Source: a virus (lineage: Duplodnaviria > Caudoviricetes). Taken from it: a stretch of 50,903 nt of DNA. Below, piece after piece: positions 1 to 10,493 of the stretch (the stretch's first letter is position 1; every line of letters starts with the position of its first letter). The notes beneath the pieces are model-generated. The model was given only the letters and a program-made list of their open reading frames with translations. It was not told the origin of the DNA and ran no database searches. The translations under genes and the position numbers were made by a program. The stretch spans positions 1 to 50,903 of the IMG/VR virus record IMGVR_UViG_3300037845_000048; one strand, given 5' to 3'.

Positions 1-240
1 CATGCGGGTCAGCTATTTCGGCGAGGAGGCGTGCCCCGTCTGCGAACGGTGGCTCAGTGAAGAGCCCATCGTCACGGTGCTCATTGGGGTGAGCTATCCC
101 GACCGTCTCAGCGACAAGGCCCGGTGCAGAGCCGCCGTCGTTCTCGTCCACGCCCGGTGCGCGGGCGTCGATGGCTTCATCTTGGACGTGATAGCCACCC
201 CAACCGGCGCCGCGCCCGCGCCGACCGAGGCCGAGGCCCC

Positions 241-627
241 GTGACGACCGCCGAAGACCGGTGGCGGCGCGGCCTGGTCGTCCCCCACCGCATCACCCTC
301 GCCCTCGACATCCGCCAGCTCCACGGCCCGCAAGTCGACCGCGACTGCGGCGCCAAAGAACCCGACGTCGACCAGTGGGAGGCCGGCGAGAAATACCCGA
401 CCTGGGAGCAGCTGCTCGCCCTCGCGGCGCTCACCGACTTCGACCCCGCGTTCTTCACCCCCGAACCCGACCAGATCCACGCCCTCGGCCCCGGGGTGAT
501 GTTCGTCTGCTGCCGCTCGCGCCGCACCTGGAACCCGAGGGTGGATATCCCGGCGCCCGTGCTCGCGTTCACCCCGGCCGCCATCGCCGCGACCGTGGGG
601 GCGTGCGAGCAGGGCGCGTTGTTCTGA
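241..627 (+). CDS. XRE-like HTH protein
   Basis: GTG at 241 overlaps the upstream stop. The segment 'VDRDCGAKEPDVDQWEAGEKYPTWEQLLALA' fits an XRE HTH. Confidence 0.6.
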   Translation: MTTAEDRWRRGLVVPHRITLALDIRQLHGPQVDRDCGAKEPDVDQWEAGEKYPTWEQLLALAALTDFDPAFFTPEPDQIHALGPGVMFVCCRSRRTWNPRVDIPAPVLAFTPAAIAATVGACEQGALF

Positions 628-649
628 CAACCGACGAAACGGAGAACAC

Positions 650-973
650 GTGAGCGCCCCGACGCCTTTTCCCGACTGCGGTACCGAGCGCGCCTACTGG
701 CGCCACGCCAAACGCCGCGAAACCGCAGACCAGCCATGCCTCCAAGCCCACGCCACAGCCGAACGCGAGCGCCGCGACACCGAACGCGGCGCCCCGCCAC
801 GCGTCCCGGCGCCCTGCGGCACCGAGGCCGCCTACCGCCGCCACCGCTACCGCCGCCAGGACGCCGACCCCGCGTGCCTCGCCGCGCACACCCGCGCCAA
901 CCAGCTGCGCGAGCAGGCCTCCCACCTCGCCGCCGCGATCTTCGGCGCCCCCGACACGAAAGCCGACCAGTGA
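650..973 (+). CDS. hypothetical phage protein with two CGTxxAYxRH motifs
   Basis: GGAG RBS. Internal duplication CGTERAYWRH / CGTEAAYRRH...C..AH. Confidence 0.65.
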   Translation: MSAPTPFPDCGTERAYWRHAKRRETADQPCLQAHATAERERRDTERGAPPRVPAPCGTEAAYRRHRYRRQDADPACLAAHTRANQLREQASHLAAAIFGAPDTKADQ

Positions 974-1404
974 CCGACCTGACCCGATACCCAATCAGCA
1001 ACGACGGCGCCGGGCGCATCACCCTGTGGTACACCGACTGCCCCACGCCCACACCCAGGATCGATCTCCTCCCGATCTGGAATGAGGACGACGCCTCCGA
1101 GCAGGTCACCGAACTGTGCCTCGCGAACCTCGTCGCCATCGCCGAGGAACACGAGCAACTGCACCACGCCGACGAGGGGCCGACGACCGAGCGGCTCGCT
1201 GGGTTTGACGTGGCCGACTTCGAGTACAGCTTCGCCAAACTACACCGCGACGCCGCGCCCGAGCTGAAGATGACCGGCACGATCAAACCCAGCGCCGAGA
1301 GCTTCATGGCCGACTACCGGGCCGCGCACCCGGAGTGCGAGTTCGTCCTCTACCGCCGCGCGGTCGGCCACTGGCTGCCCGCACCCGAACCGGAGACACC
1401 GTGA
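970..1404 (+). CDS. hypothetical protein
   Basis: GTGA start/stop overlap and high GC3. Confidence 0.55.
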   Translation: MTDLTRYPISNDGAGRITLWYTDCPTPTPRIDLLPIWNEDDASEQVTELCLANLVAIAEEHEQLHHADEGPTTERLAGFDVADFEYSFAKLHRDAAPELKMTGTIKPSAESFMADYRAAHPECEFVLYRRAVGHWLPAPEPETP

Positions 1405-2456
1405 GCCGCCTGACGCCCGAACGCCTCGCCGAACTGCGCCGCATGGTCGCCGACGAGGTCTGGACCCTCCCGAGCCGCGAGGACGTGGCCGCGCTGATCG
1501 CAAGCCGCGACCAGTTCGAAACCGACCTGGCCAAAGCCCGTCACGACCGCGACTCGTGGCAGGCGATCGGCGCCGACCGCGCGGGCGCCGTCGTCGAGTG
1601 CGCCCGGCTCGAAACCGAGCTGGCCGAGACCGTCCGCGAGCGCGACCGGCTGTGGCTGCTACTGGAGACCGAACGCGGCCTGACCGGCTCCATCCGACTG
1701 CACGCCGAGGCCCTCAAGCGCGTCACCGCGTTCGGCGTCGCGCTCAAGATCGGAGACGACGCGTGGGCCGTCGCGGACTACCACGCGGGCGCGCTGCTCC
1801 TCGGGCTTAGACCGCGATGGCCTCAGGGCGCCCCGCAGCCGCACGCTCCCGGCTCCGGAGCGGCTTTCGCGGGCAACGAGACACCCGAGGCCCAACGGAC
1901 GGCCCAGCGGGCCGCTGAGGACGTCGAGCCGCCGCGCTGCCCCGCGCCGAACCCGCTATTCCTCGGGGAGACCTGCTCGCTAACCGCCGGACACGATGGC
2001 GACCACCGCGACGGACGCCGCGGCGGATGGCCGAACCATCCCCATCAGTACCCACGGGACGGCCGCCTGTACGCCGACGGCCCACCGTGCCGCCACGACG
2101 CCACATGGCTCGTCGCCACACCCGACGGACCCCAGTGCATGGTCTGCGGACCCGCCACGTCAGCCGACGCCATCGCGCCCGAGGACGAGGGCGTCTCCAC
2201 CGCCGACGTCCACGCCCAGACCGCAGCCGACGAACACGCTGAGCTGCGCACCCCCGAGTGGTGGTGCGACAAATACGACCTGCGCGTCTACGACCCTGAC
2301 GGCTGGCGCTCCGCCACCGACCCGCGCGACTGGGACCAGCCGATCACCCTCGCCGAGTTCGAGCGCCGCACCCGCACGTCCACCGTCGACAGCCGGGGCG
2401 GATGGGACCGCATGAACGCGGACCTGCGCCGCGCCGGGAACGGGGACGGTGCCTGA
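1401..2456 (+). CDS. hypothetical multi-domain phage protein
   Basis: GTGA overlap. Coiled coil plus Cys/His motifs (CSLTAGHDGDH). Confidence 0.55.
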   Translation: MSRLTPERLAELRRMVADEVWTLPSREDVAALIASRDQFETDLAKARHDRDSWQAIGADRAGAVVECARLETELAETVRERDRLWLLLETERGLTGSIRLHAEALKRVTAFGVALKIGDDAWAVADYHAGALLLGLRPRWPQGAPQPHAPGSGAAFAGNETPEAQRTAQRAAEDVEPPRCPAPNPLFLGETCSLTAGHDGDHRDGRRGGWPNHPHQYPRDGRLYADGPPCRHDATWLVATPDGPQCMVCGPATSADAIAPEDEGVSTADVHAQTAADEHAELRTPEWWCDKYDLRVYDPDGWRSATDPRDWDQPITLAEFERRTRTSTVDSRGGWDRMNADLRRAGNGDGA

Positions 2457-2671
2457 TGGTCTCCAACCGCGACGCCGCCGACACCGTCACCTGGGCACGC
2501 GACCAAGGCTGCGAAGCCACCTGGTCGAACGGCGCAGGCCACTGGAAGGTCACCTACCAGGGGAGATTCGTCGGCACCATCGGCTCGACCCCCTCCGCAC
2601 GCAGAGCCATGCTCAACGCGAAATCCCTGATACGCCGCAACGTAGCCAAGATCAGACAGGAACAGGCATGA
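2456..2671 (+). CDS. HicA-like small protein
   Basis: 71 aa; the pattern 'GHWKVT...STPS.RRA..N..S.IRR' resembles the HicA dsRBD fold. Confidence 0.5.
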   Translation: MVSNRDAADTVTWARDQGCEATWSNGAGHWKVTYQGRFVGTIGSTPSARRAMLNAKSLIRRNVAKIRQEQA

Positions 2672-2946
2672 CCCTCGAAACCGCACGCGAAGAACACTTC
2701 CCCGACTGCCACCCGCAAGACGGCGAAGCGCCGGGCAACCCGGAAGGGTACGAACCTCAGCCGGTCGAACCGTGCTGGCACTGCGGCGCGATGACGACGC
2801 GCGGCGCGTGCCACTGCCCGCACTGCCGGGACGAGGACGACGACGACATCCCGCAGTCCGCGATCTACCACTGTCCGTTGTGTCGCCGGTGGTGGGCTCA
2901 CATGTATCTGAGCGTCACGAAGATCACGTTCGGCGCGGCGAAGTGA
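2668..2946 (+). CDS. Cys-rich (zinc-binding) hypothetical protein
   Basis: ATGA overlap and three CxxC motifs. Confidence 0.55.
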   Translation: MTLETAREEHFPDCHPQDGEAPGNPEGYEPQPVEPCWHCGAMTTRGACHCPHCRDEDDDDIPQSAIYHCPLCRRWWAHMYLSVTKITFGAAK

Positions 2947-5310
2947 CCCCCGAGACCCGAGCCGCACGCGACCGCCTAGCCCGATACGCCGGCCCCGACT
3001 TCCAGCCCCCGCCGATCGACCTCCCACGCCACCTCAACTGCCTCACCATCGCCGAAGTCGAACGCCTGATCGGCCGGATCGAGAGCGACATCCGCGACAC
3101 GCTCGCACCCGACATCCGGGCCATCGTCGAAGCGCTCGACCAGCACGACGAAGCCGAGAAAGACATCTGATGCAACCCCACGCGCAAGCCGCACGCGACA
3201 GGATCACCGCATACCTCGACGCCATGGCAGTCGACTCGCCGTGGGACTGGGAAATGGTCGGCCTCCACGGAACGAAACTCGAAAGCCGCGACCTGCGCCT
3301 GGTCCTGGCCGCGCTCGACCGGCGACCCACCGCCGTCATCGTCTGCGACCACACGCTCACCGAGGAACAGGCCGAAGACCTCAAACGCCGGTTCCTCGAA
3401 GCACAGCACGAGTCACCGATCCGCGACACGGCCGCAATCGTCCACCGCTACCTCAATCCGCCAGGCATGCCCTACGGCCTGACACCCCATCAGGCACCCG
3501 ACCGGTAACGGCCATGGACCAGATCGGCTGGTACATCGCCACCCTCCACGGGCTACTCGGCCACGACACGGCCGCCGCCGTGCTCGGCCAAGACCCCGGC
3601 GACAAGAACGCATGCGCACTCTGCGCCTACGAACGCGAACCCACACCCGAACACAAGCACGCGGTCGAGGCCGCCCTGACGCCAACCGGGAAAGCGAAGA
3701 CGACATGAGCGAGAGCCCCACATCCCGTTACCGCAAGAACCGGGCCAGGGCCTACCAGAACAAATTCGGCATCCGCTACACCCACGCCCTGCGCCTGGTC
3801 AACGCCGAGATGGAAGCACCCGACTTCGACCCGCGCTCACCGATCCCCGAGGAGCTGCCCGCGTGAACCGCTCAATCGTCTACGCGCGGCCCACCCCCGA
3901 AGGCATCGAGATCCTCTGCGACTGCGCCTTCACCACCGTGCTGGTCGTCGACGGCGTCCTAGAACGTGCCATCGAGCAGGCGTTCACCTGCGACGGATGC
4001 ATGACCGTCCACTGGTTCACCCTCACACCGAACAACCCGCAAACCTCCGATGACTCCGAAGCGAAAGGCACACAGTGACCATCCAAGTCGAGTTCACCGG
4101 CGACATAGTCCACATCTACGATGGCGACGGCACGCGCGCAGTCGAAGACACGCTCATCGTCACCGCCATGCAATGGGCACACCTCGTCGCGGCCATCCGC
4201 CTGCCGCCCCCCGAGGGCAGCGACGGTCATCCCCTCGTTCCTGCCTTTGCCGCCGCGTTCCTGTGCCCCTCCTGCCAGGGGCGCGGCACCGACCGCGACG
4301 GTTGCGCAGACTGCGACACGTGCAACGGCACTGGCTTATCCATCACCGAAAAGGACACGCAGTGACCGACACCACCGATGGACTCGGAGACCTCGCGGCC
4401 GAGCTCGCCGCCCTCGCCGCAGACACCACCGCGCAGATCACCGCGCTCGCCCAGCAACTCCAGCAGTTCATCATCCAAACCAGCCCACAATGCGCCACGT
4501 GCCTCGCCGAAGCACGCCAAGGAGCCCGGCCTGGCGCCAACCTCGTCAACGTCATCCTCGACGGCACCGGCTACTGCCACGACCATTGCGACGTCGTCAA
4601 CGGGCGGCTCGTGCCCAAGAAAAGCAGCGGCCTGATCGTCGCAGGAGGATGACGTGATCGGCACCTATTTCGCGCTCACCGGCGACGTCATCGCCCTCGC
4701 AGCCGCCTACTTCGCGCGCCGCGCAACCGTCCACCAGCGCCGCGCGCAACGCAAACTCGACGCCATCGCCGCCCTCGAAGTCCACGGCCGCGAATTCGTA
4801 GACGCCGCCCAGCTCTACGCCATCCTCGGCCGGCCCATCCCCGAACCGATCGACCACGCCGCCAACCTCCGTGCCAGAGTCGAACAGATCTTCACCCCCG
4901 GCCAACCCGACCCGCACAGTCCATACCGGAGCCCGTACACGTGAAGGCGTGCCCGGCGTGCGGAAGAGTGGTCGGCCTCTATTCGAACGGAAAACCGCCG
5001 CCCTCGCCTACCTCGGCGAGACACCATGAACGACCGGCGCCCGGCGTACCCCATCCCGGAATCCCTCACCATCCACCCCGCCGACCGCCACGAACTCAAC
5101 CGGCAACTACCCACCGCCACCGTCTACGGCCAACCCATCCACGGCAACACACCCATCATCGAAGACCCCGGCATGACGCCCGGGACACTACGCATCCGCA
5201 TCCAAGGCACCGACGCCACCGTCACCCTCGGACACCGGCCCACGCCGCGCTGGATACGCTGCGACCCCCACACCGGGCTACCCATCGGAGAACACGCGTT
5301 CGAAACGTGA
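2943..5310 (+). CDS. run of small coupled hypothetical genes (2943-3170, 3170-3508, 3514-3708, 3705-3866, 3863-4078, 4075-4365, 4362-4652, 4654-4944, 5026-5310)
   Basis: Mostly chained start/stop overlaps with RBS-like motifs and high GC3. No recognisable families. Confidence 0.55.
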
Positions 5311-5405
5311 CCACGCCCGAACACACAACTACCCTGGATAACGCCACACCACGCAGGGCAACACACGTATAGGGGCCGATAGGAACCGATAACCGGGAGG
5401 CGATC

Positions 5406-5894
5406 ATGAGCGAGCCGAACAGCCGCAACCGGACCGCCGACCGCGACTTCGACATCTGGCAGCGATACAGCGACGGCCAAACCCAGGAGCAAATCGCAGC
5501 CCATTACGACCTCAGCCAACCGCAAGTCAGCGCGATCATCGCCCGCATGCGCGACGACATCCCCATCGAAGAACGCCGCGCACGCCAACGCCGCCAACTC
5601 GCCGACCTCGACCACCTACGCCAAGCCGCACTCGCCCTCGCCGACGCCGACCCCATCCCCGCCTACTCCAACGGCCGACCCATCATCCTCGCCGACGGCC
5701 ACACCATCGCCGAAGACCACACCAGCCGCGTCCGCGCCATGGACCTCGTGATCAAACTCCAAGAACGCGAAGCCAAAGCCCTCGGCACCGACGCCGCCAC
5801 CAAAATCAACCTCGAAGCCGAACAGACCGGCGAACGCATCAAATCCCTCCTGCGCAGGATCGCCGGCCAGAGCACCACCGATGACGCAGATTGA
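5406..5894 (+). CDS. terS: terminase small subunit (N-terminal HTH)
   Basis: GGGAGG RBS, HTH 'QTQEQIAAHYDLSQPQVSAII', and overlap with terL. Confidence 0.75.
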   Translation: MSEPNSRNRTADRDFDIWQRYSDGQTQEQIAAHYDLSQPQVSAIIARMRDDIPIEERRARQRRQLADLDHLRQAALALADADPIPAYSNGRPIILADGHTIAEDHTSRVRAMDLVIKLQEREAKALGTDAATKINLEAEQTGERIKSLLRRIAGQSTTDDAD

Positions 5895-7383
5895 CCTCGG
5901 CGCAGCCCAAGCCGACATCGACGCACTCATCCGCACCGGCAACCTCAAAGCCCTGCGCGCCCTCGAAGCCGACCTTCAATCCGTCGCCGACCGCATCGAG
6001 GCCGGCCAGCGCCAGGAACGCTGGCAGCACGACCCGGCCGCGTGGGTCAGCGAGCGCCTGGGCGGCTTCGCGTGGTCCAAGCAGCGCGAGATCCTTGCCG
6101 CGGTGCGCGACCATCGGCGCACCGCGGTGCGCTCCGGGCACGGCGTCGGCAAGTCGCACACCGCCGCGCTGGTCGCGTGCTGGTGGCTGGACACCCACCC
6201 GCCGGGCTCGGCGTTCGTCGTGTCCACGGCGCCGACGTTCCCGCAGGTGCGCGCGATCCTGTGGCGCTACATCCGCCGACTGCACACCGCCGCCGAGCTG
6301 CCCGGGCGCGTCAACCAGACCGAATGGTTCATCGACGACGAGCTCGTCGGCTACGGGCGCAAGCCCGCCGACACCGACGAGTCCGCGTTCCAGGGCATCC
6401 ACGAACGCTACGTGCTGGTCCTGATCGACGAGGCGTGCGGCATCCCCGAACAGCTGTGGGTCGCGGCGGACTCCCTCACCACGAACGTGGACTGCCGGAT
6501 GCTCGCGATCGGCAACCCCGACAACCCCGCATCGCACTTCCGCAAGGTGTGCGCCCCCGGCTCCGGCTGGCACACGATCGGGATCTCCGCGTTCGACTCC
6601 CCGAACCTGTCCGGCGAGCAGGTGCCCAAGAAGATGGCGCTCAGCCTCGTATCGCGCGAATGGGTGGAGGAGAAGCGCGACGAGTGGGGCGAGGACAACC
6701 CCCTGTATCGCTCCAAGGTCCTCGGCGAGTTCTCCGTCGACCACCCCAATCAGGTGGTGCGCCAGTCGGACGTGGCCGCGTGCCGACTGCCGGCCGAGAC
6801 CGCGCCGGCGGGGAAGGATCTGCTGCCGGTCGAGCTCGGCGTGGACGTCGGGGGCGGCGGCGACGAGACGGTGATCCGGGAGCGGCGCGGCCGGGTCGCC
6901 GGGCGGGAGTGGCGGGCGCGCACGGACCGGCCGGAGGCGATCGCGCCGTTGGTGCTTCAGGCGATCCGGGAGACCGGCGCGTCCGCGGTGAAGGTGGACA
7001 GCATCGGCATCGGGTTCGGGGTGATCGGCGAGCTGCGCAACATGGGCGCGGAGCTGCACCGGGCGCATGTGCAGGCGGTGAACGTCGCGGAGAAGCCGCA
7101 GGACCCGGACAAGTATGTGAACCTGCGCGCGGAGCTGTGGTGGGAGATCGGGCGCGGCCTGTCGGAGCGGGGAGGGTGGGATCTGTCGGGGATGGAGAAT
7201 GCGGATGTGACGGTCGCGCAGTTGCTGGAGCCGCGGTGGGAGATCGATGCGCAGGGGCGTATCAAGGTCGAGCCGAAGGCGGAGGTGATCAAGCGGTTGG
7301 GGCGCTCGCCGGACAACGCCGACGCCCTTCTTCTAGCTTTCTACGTGGGTCGTCGTCCGGGTTACCGTTCGTTCCAGCGTTGA
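5881..7383 (+). CDS. terL: terminase large subunit
   Basis: Walker A 'SGHGVGKS', Walker B 'VLIDEA', 'IGNP', and nuclease motifs 'LGVDVG' and 'SPDNADAL'. Confidence 0.95.
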   Translation: MTQIDLGAAQADIDALIRTGNLKALRALEADLQSVADRIEAGQRQERWQHDPAAWVSERLGGFAWSKQREILAAVRDHRRTAVRSGHGVGKSHTAALVACWWLDTHPPGSAFVVSTAPTFPQVRAILWRYIRRLHTAAELPGRVNQTEWFIDDELVGYGRKPADTDESAFQGIHERYVLVLIDEACGIPEQLWVAADSLTTNVDCRMLAIGNPDNPASHFRKVCAPGSGWHTIGISAFDSPNLSGEQVPKKMALSLVSREWVEEKRDEWGEDNPLYRSKVLGEFSVDHPNQVVRQSDVAACRLPAETAPAGKDLLPVELGVDVGGGGDETVIRERRGRVAGREWRARTDRPEAIAPLVLQAIRETGASAVKVDSIGIGFGVIGELRNMGAELHRAHVQAVNVAEKPQDPDKYVNLRAELWWEIGRGLSERGGWDLSGMENADVTVAQLLEPRWEIDAQGRIKVEPKAEVIKRLGRSPDNADALLLAFYVGRRPGYRSFQR

Positions 7384-7473
7384 GCGCGGGAACGGCCCGC
7401 ACCACGGGGAGGGTGCGGGCCGTCGGGTGGGGACGGGCATCGGGGGGTCGTCCCACCGTCCACGGTAGCGCGG

Positions 7474-9716
7474 TCAGGCTTCCAGCGGGCCGAACATCTC
7501 CCGGAAAGCCCCCAGCGCCTCGGCGAGAACCTCCGGGTCGTCCACGATCGCGCGCATCCACGACGGAACCAGGAGCCGCAGCGTCGAGGCCAGCGGGTCA
7601 CCGTCGCACACGTCCGCGATCGCCAACTCGAACAGCAGCGGCAACCCGAAACCGGCGCGCTCGGTCCCCCCCGCCTTGGCGATCCGGGGGTAGAAGTGCT
7701 CGATGTTCCAGTGCAGGTCGTTGGCGGCGGTGAGGCGCCGCATGATCTCGTCGGGCTCGGGCAGGATGGTGGTCTTCATCGTTTCTCCAGTCGTGGCGTA
7801 GGGATGGTCGGTTAAGCGCTGGCCGACTGTGCGTGCTTCTCGCGCCACGCCTTGTCCACCGCGGCCTCGAACGCCCGGCGCGCGTCGCCCTTCAGACGTG
7901 CGCGGACCTCGGCGTAGTAGTCGTCATCGACCAGGGCCAGCGCGATATTGATCGCACGGCCACGCGTGTGACGGCCGGAAGCCACGTCAGGCCCCCGTCT
8001 CGTGGTCGCCGTGGCCGTTCTCGCAGTGCCAGCACGGCGGGTTGATGTGGCACGAGCAGCCCCCGCACTCGCCGTCGCCCGAGATCATGCTCTGGCGTCG
8101 CGCAAGACCCTCGTCGCGGCCCCATGCGGTCTCCGGTAGCCACGAGGCGCCCTGCGGGATCTGCCCGGCGACGAACCGGTCGTAGTCGCGTTCCTCGGGG
8201 GTGAGGTTGCGCCAGATCGCGAGACGGCGCTCCTGCGCGGTCACCGGGACTCCAGCGCGGCCTTGACAGCGGTCTTCACGGCTGCGTCGCGCCAGGCGAT
8301 CAGCCGCTCCGGGATCATCGTCTCCTCCACCGCCACATACCCCGGACGCGGGTTGCGCGAGGGGTCGTCGTCGACCTCGTCGAGCAGGTACAGGCCCAGC
8401 AGGATGTCGTCCAGGCCGCCGTCGTCGCTGTCCGGGTCGGTGACCATCGGCGCCCACGCGGTGGACATCCCCAGGGGCCGCAGGCTCTTGTTCACGGCGT
8501 CCGCGGTGATCCGGGCCATCCTGTCGGCCTGTGCGGGGGAGTTGGCTTCGATGTGGTGTAGCTGGGCGACCAGGCGGCGGTAGAGGGTCACTTGGCCACC
8601 TCGGCAGCCGCTTGGACGGGTGCGGGTGCGAGCGGGAAGCCCCACACCGAACGCCCGTCGGGCATCACGATCTCCCACGGCCCACGGAACAGCCCGTACG
8701 CGGTCCAGTCGCAGCCGCGCTCGGCGATGGAACGGCCGCCGTCATCGGTCGGCTCGCCCTTCAGTGCGCCGCGCCAGCGCCCCATGCACTCCTGGCCGAG
8801 GCGTCCCTCTTCGCCCTCGGGGAAGTCGCCGACGACGGCGATGTCGCCGCAGCGCGGGCATTGGAACGCCCACGTCTTGGGGTCGGGACCGAAGCGTTCG
8901 GCGGCCTCGGCGCACAGTTCGGCCTGCGTGAGTTTGCGGTGGGTGTTCAGGTCGGTGGTCATGTCAGGCTCCGTTCTTCGCGCGCTCGTCGGCGAGGTAC
9001 TGCCGGGCGACCTTCACGCCACCCTCGACGGCCTCCCGCGAGATGGCCGGTGCAACGCCCGCGGTGAGGAAGTTGGCGATCCACTCGGCGAGGTCTTCGA
9101 CGCTCGCCGTACGCCAGCCCTCCCGCGAACCAGTGGCGTGCGGCAGGGCGTAGGCCACCTCGCGGCGGAAGTAGGCGCGCAGCGCCTCGAAGTCGAGTTG
9201 GACGCCATCGGCGTTGTATGCGTCGGCGAGGGTGGCCTGTTCAACAGGCATATGAGTTGGCGACATCTCGGGCATGTGTCAGGCTCCGTTCTCGGTGGCG
9301 AGCTTCGCCTCGTTGGCCGCGATCATCAACGCGATATCCGCGTTGCCCGCAGCCGCACGCGCGAACTCGGCGATCTGCCCCGCCCCCCGCACGCCGCTAC
9401 CGGCGGCGGCCAGGGCGAGCATGTCGTTCGCGGCCTGGTCCAGCAGCGCGATGGCCTCGGTCAGGCGCGCGACGGTGCGGGCGGTCTCAGCTTGGTCGCG
9501 AGTCTGCGCGCCGCCCTCGTCCACCGGGCGCAGGTTCAGCGCCAGGACGTGCCAGGTGACGCGGTAGGCGACGCCGGGCTCCCGGTCCTGCTCGACCGCG
9601 AACTGGTCGGCCATCCACGGCCCGTTGACGGTCCCGGTGTAGGTCTTGCCGGTGCGCTGCGAGCTCCAGGTGACGCGGTCGCCGGGCTGGTACTGGACGG
9701 TGGTCGCGGTGGTCAT
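7474..9716 (-). CDS. leftward operon of small hypothetical genes (7474-7779, 7812-7985, 7987-8244, 8241-8591, 8588-8962, 8964-9275, 9279-9716)
   Basis: Closely spaced or overlapping ORFs with RBS-like motifs. 8588-8962 has the conserved-looking 'FQCPRCG...GQECMGR...GCDWTAYGLF'. Confidence 0.6.
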
Positions 9717-9745
9717 CGGGTCTCCGATTCGGGTCGGGAGGCGGT

Positions 9746-10171
9746 TCAGGCGGCGAGTGCGAGGGGGGCGGTGGTGCGGGTGTCGAGCATGGTGGCGGCC
9801 ACGTTATGCACGCAGTGCCCGGTGTAGGTGTAGCCCTTGCAGGTGCACGAGCCCTTCAGGGTGTCCACGACGTACCCGTCCCGGCCGCTGCTCGATACCG
9901 CCAGGTACCGCCAGGCGTCCAGCGGGATCAGGCCGCCGAGTTCGACGATCTCCTCGGCCTTGGCCTGCGCGGTCTTGGCGTCGGTGAACGCGGCGAGCTG
10001 CGCCTGCACGGTGCGGCGGGTGAGGGCGATGCGGTGGCGCAGGCTGTCGGTGTCGATGACCCACCGGCCGCCGGCCTTGACGGCGGAGACTGCGCCGATC
10101 CGGCACCAGGTGCGGATGGTGGCGGTGGTGACGCCTGCGTGGCGGGCGGCTTCGGCGGTGGTGGTGGTCAT
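9746..10171 (-). CDS. HTH (excisionase/MerR-like) plus SWIM zinc-finger protein
   Basis: N-terminal 'TTAEAARHAGVTTATIRTWCRIG...GGRWVID' and C-terminal 'CTCKG...CVH'. Confidence 0.7.
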   Translation of the reverse strand: MTTTTAEAARHAGVTTATIRTWCRIGAVSAVKAGGRWVIDTDSLRHRIALTRRTVQAQLAAFTDAKTAQAKAEEIVELGGLIPLDAWRYLAVSSSGRDGYVVDTLKGSCTCKGYTYTGHCVHNVAATMLDTRTTAPLALAA

Positions 10172-10180
10172 CGGGGGACT

Positions 10181-10264
10181 CCCTAGTCGGTAATGCTTGC
10201 TACATGACTAGTGTCTAGCTTCCGGATACTGGTGTCAAGTACCTAGGGCCGGTAGGCTAGGGAC
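10181..10264. promoter_or_regulatory. divergent promoter/operator region
   Basis: - strand TTGACA (10238-10233)-17 nt-GACACT. + strand TAGGCT (10253-10258) lies 6 nt before ATG 10265. Five CTAG tetramers. Confidence 0.55.
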
Positions 10265-10492
10265 ATGACGCAAGAGTTAATGGGACTACATGAGGTCCGC
10301 ACATTGCTGGCCGTCAGCCAGCAGCGCGCAGGCCAGATCGTCCAGAAACCCGACTTCCCCACGCCCGTTACCCACCTCGCATGCGGCAGGATCTGGGACG
10401 GCGACGCGATCCGCACCTGGATCGCTGCGTGGCGGCGCGCGGCGGGCCGACCCAAAAGCAGCGCGACCGACACCGCGATGAAGGTGGACTGA
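10265..10492 (+). CDS. AlpA-like DNA-binding regulator
   Basis: 'LMGLHEVRTLLAVSQQRAGQI...PDFPTP...GRIWDGDAIRTW'. Confidence 0.75.
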   Translation: MTQELMGLHEVRTLLAVSQQRAGQIVQKPDFPTPVTHLACGRIWDGDAIRTWIAAWRRAAGRPKSSATDTAMKVD

Positions 10493-10493
10493 C

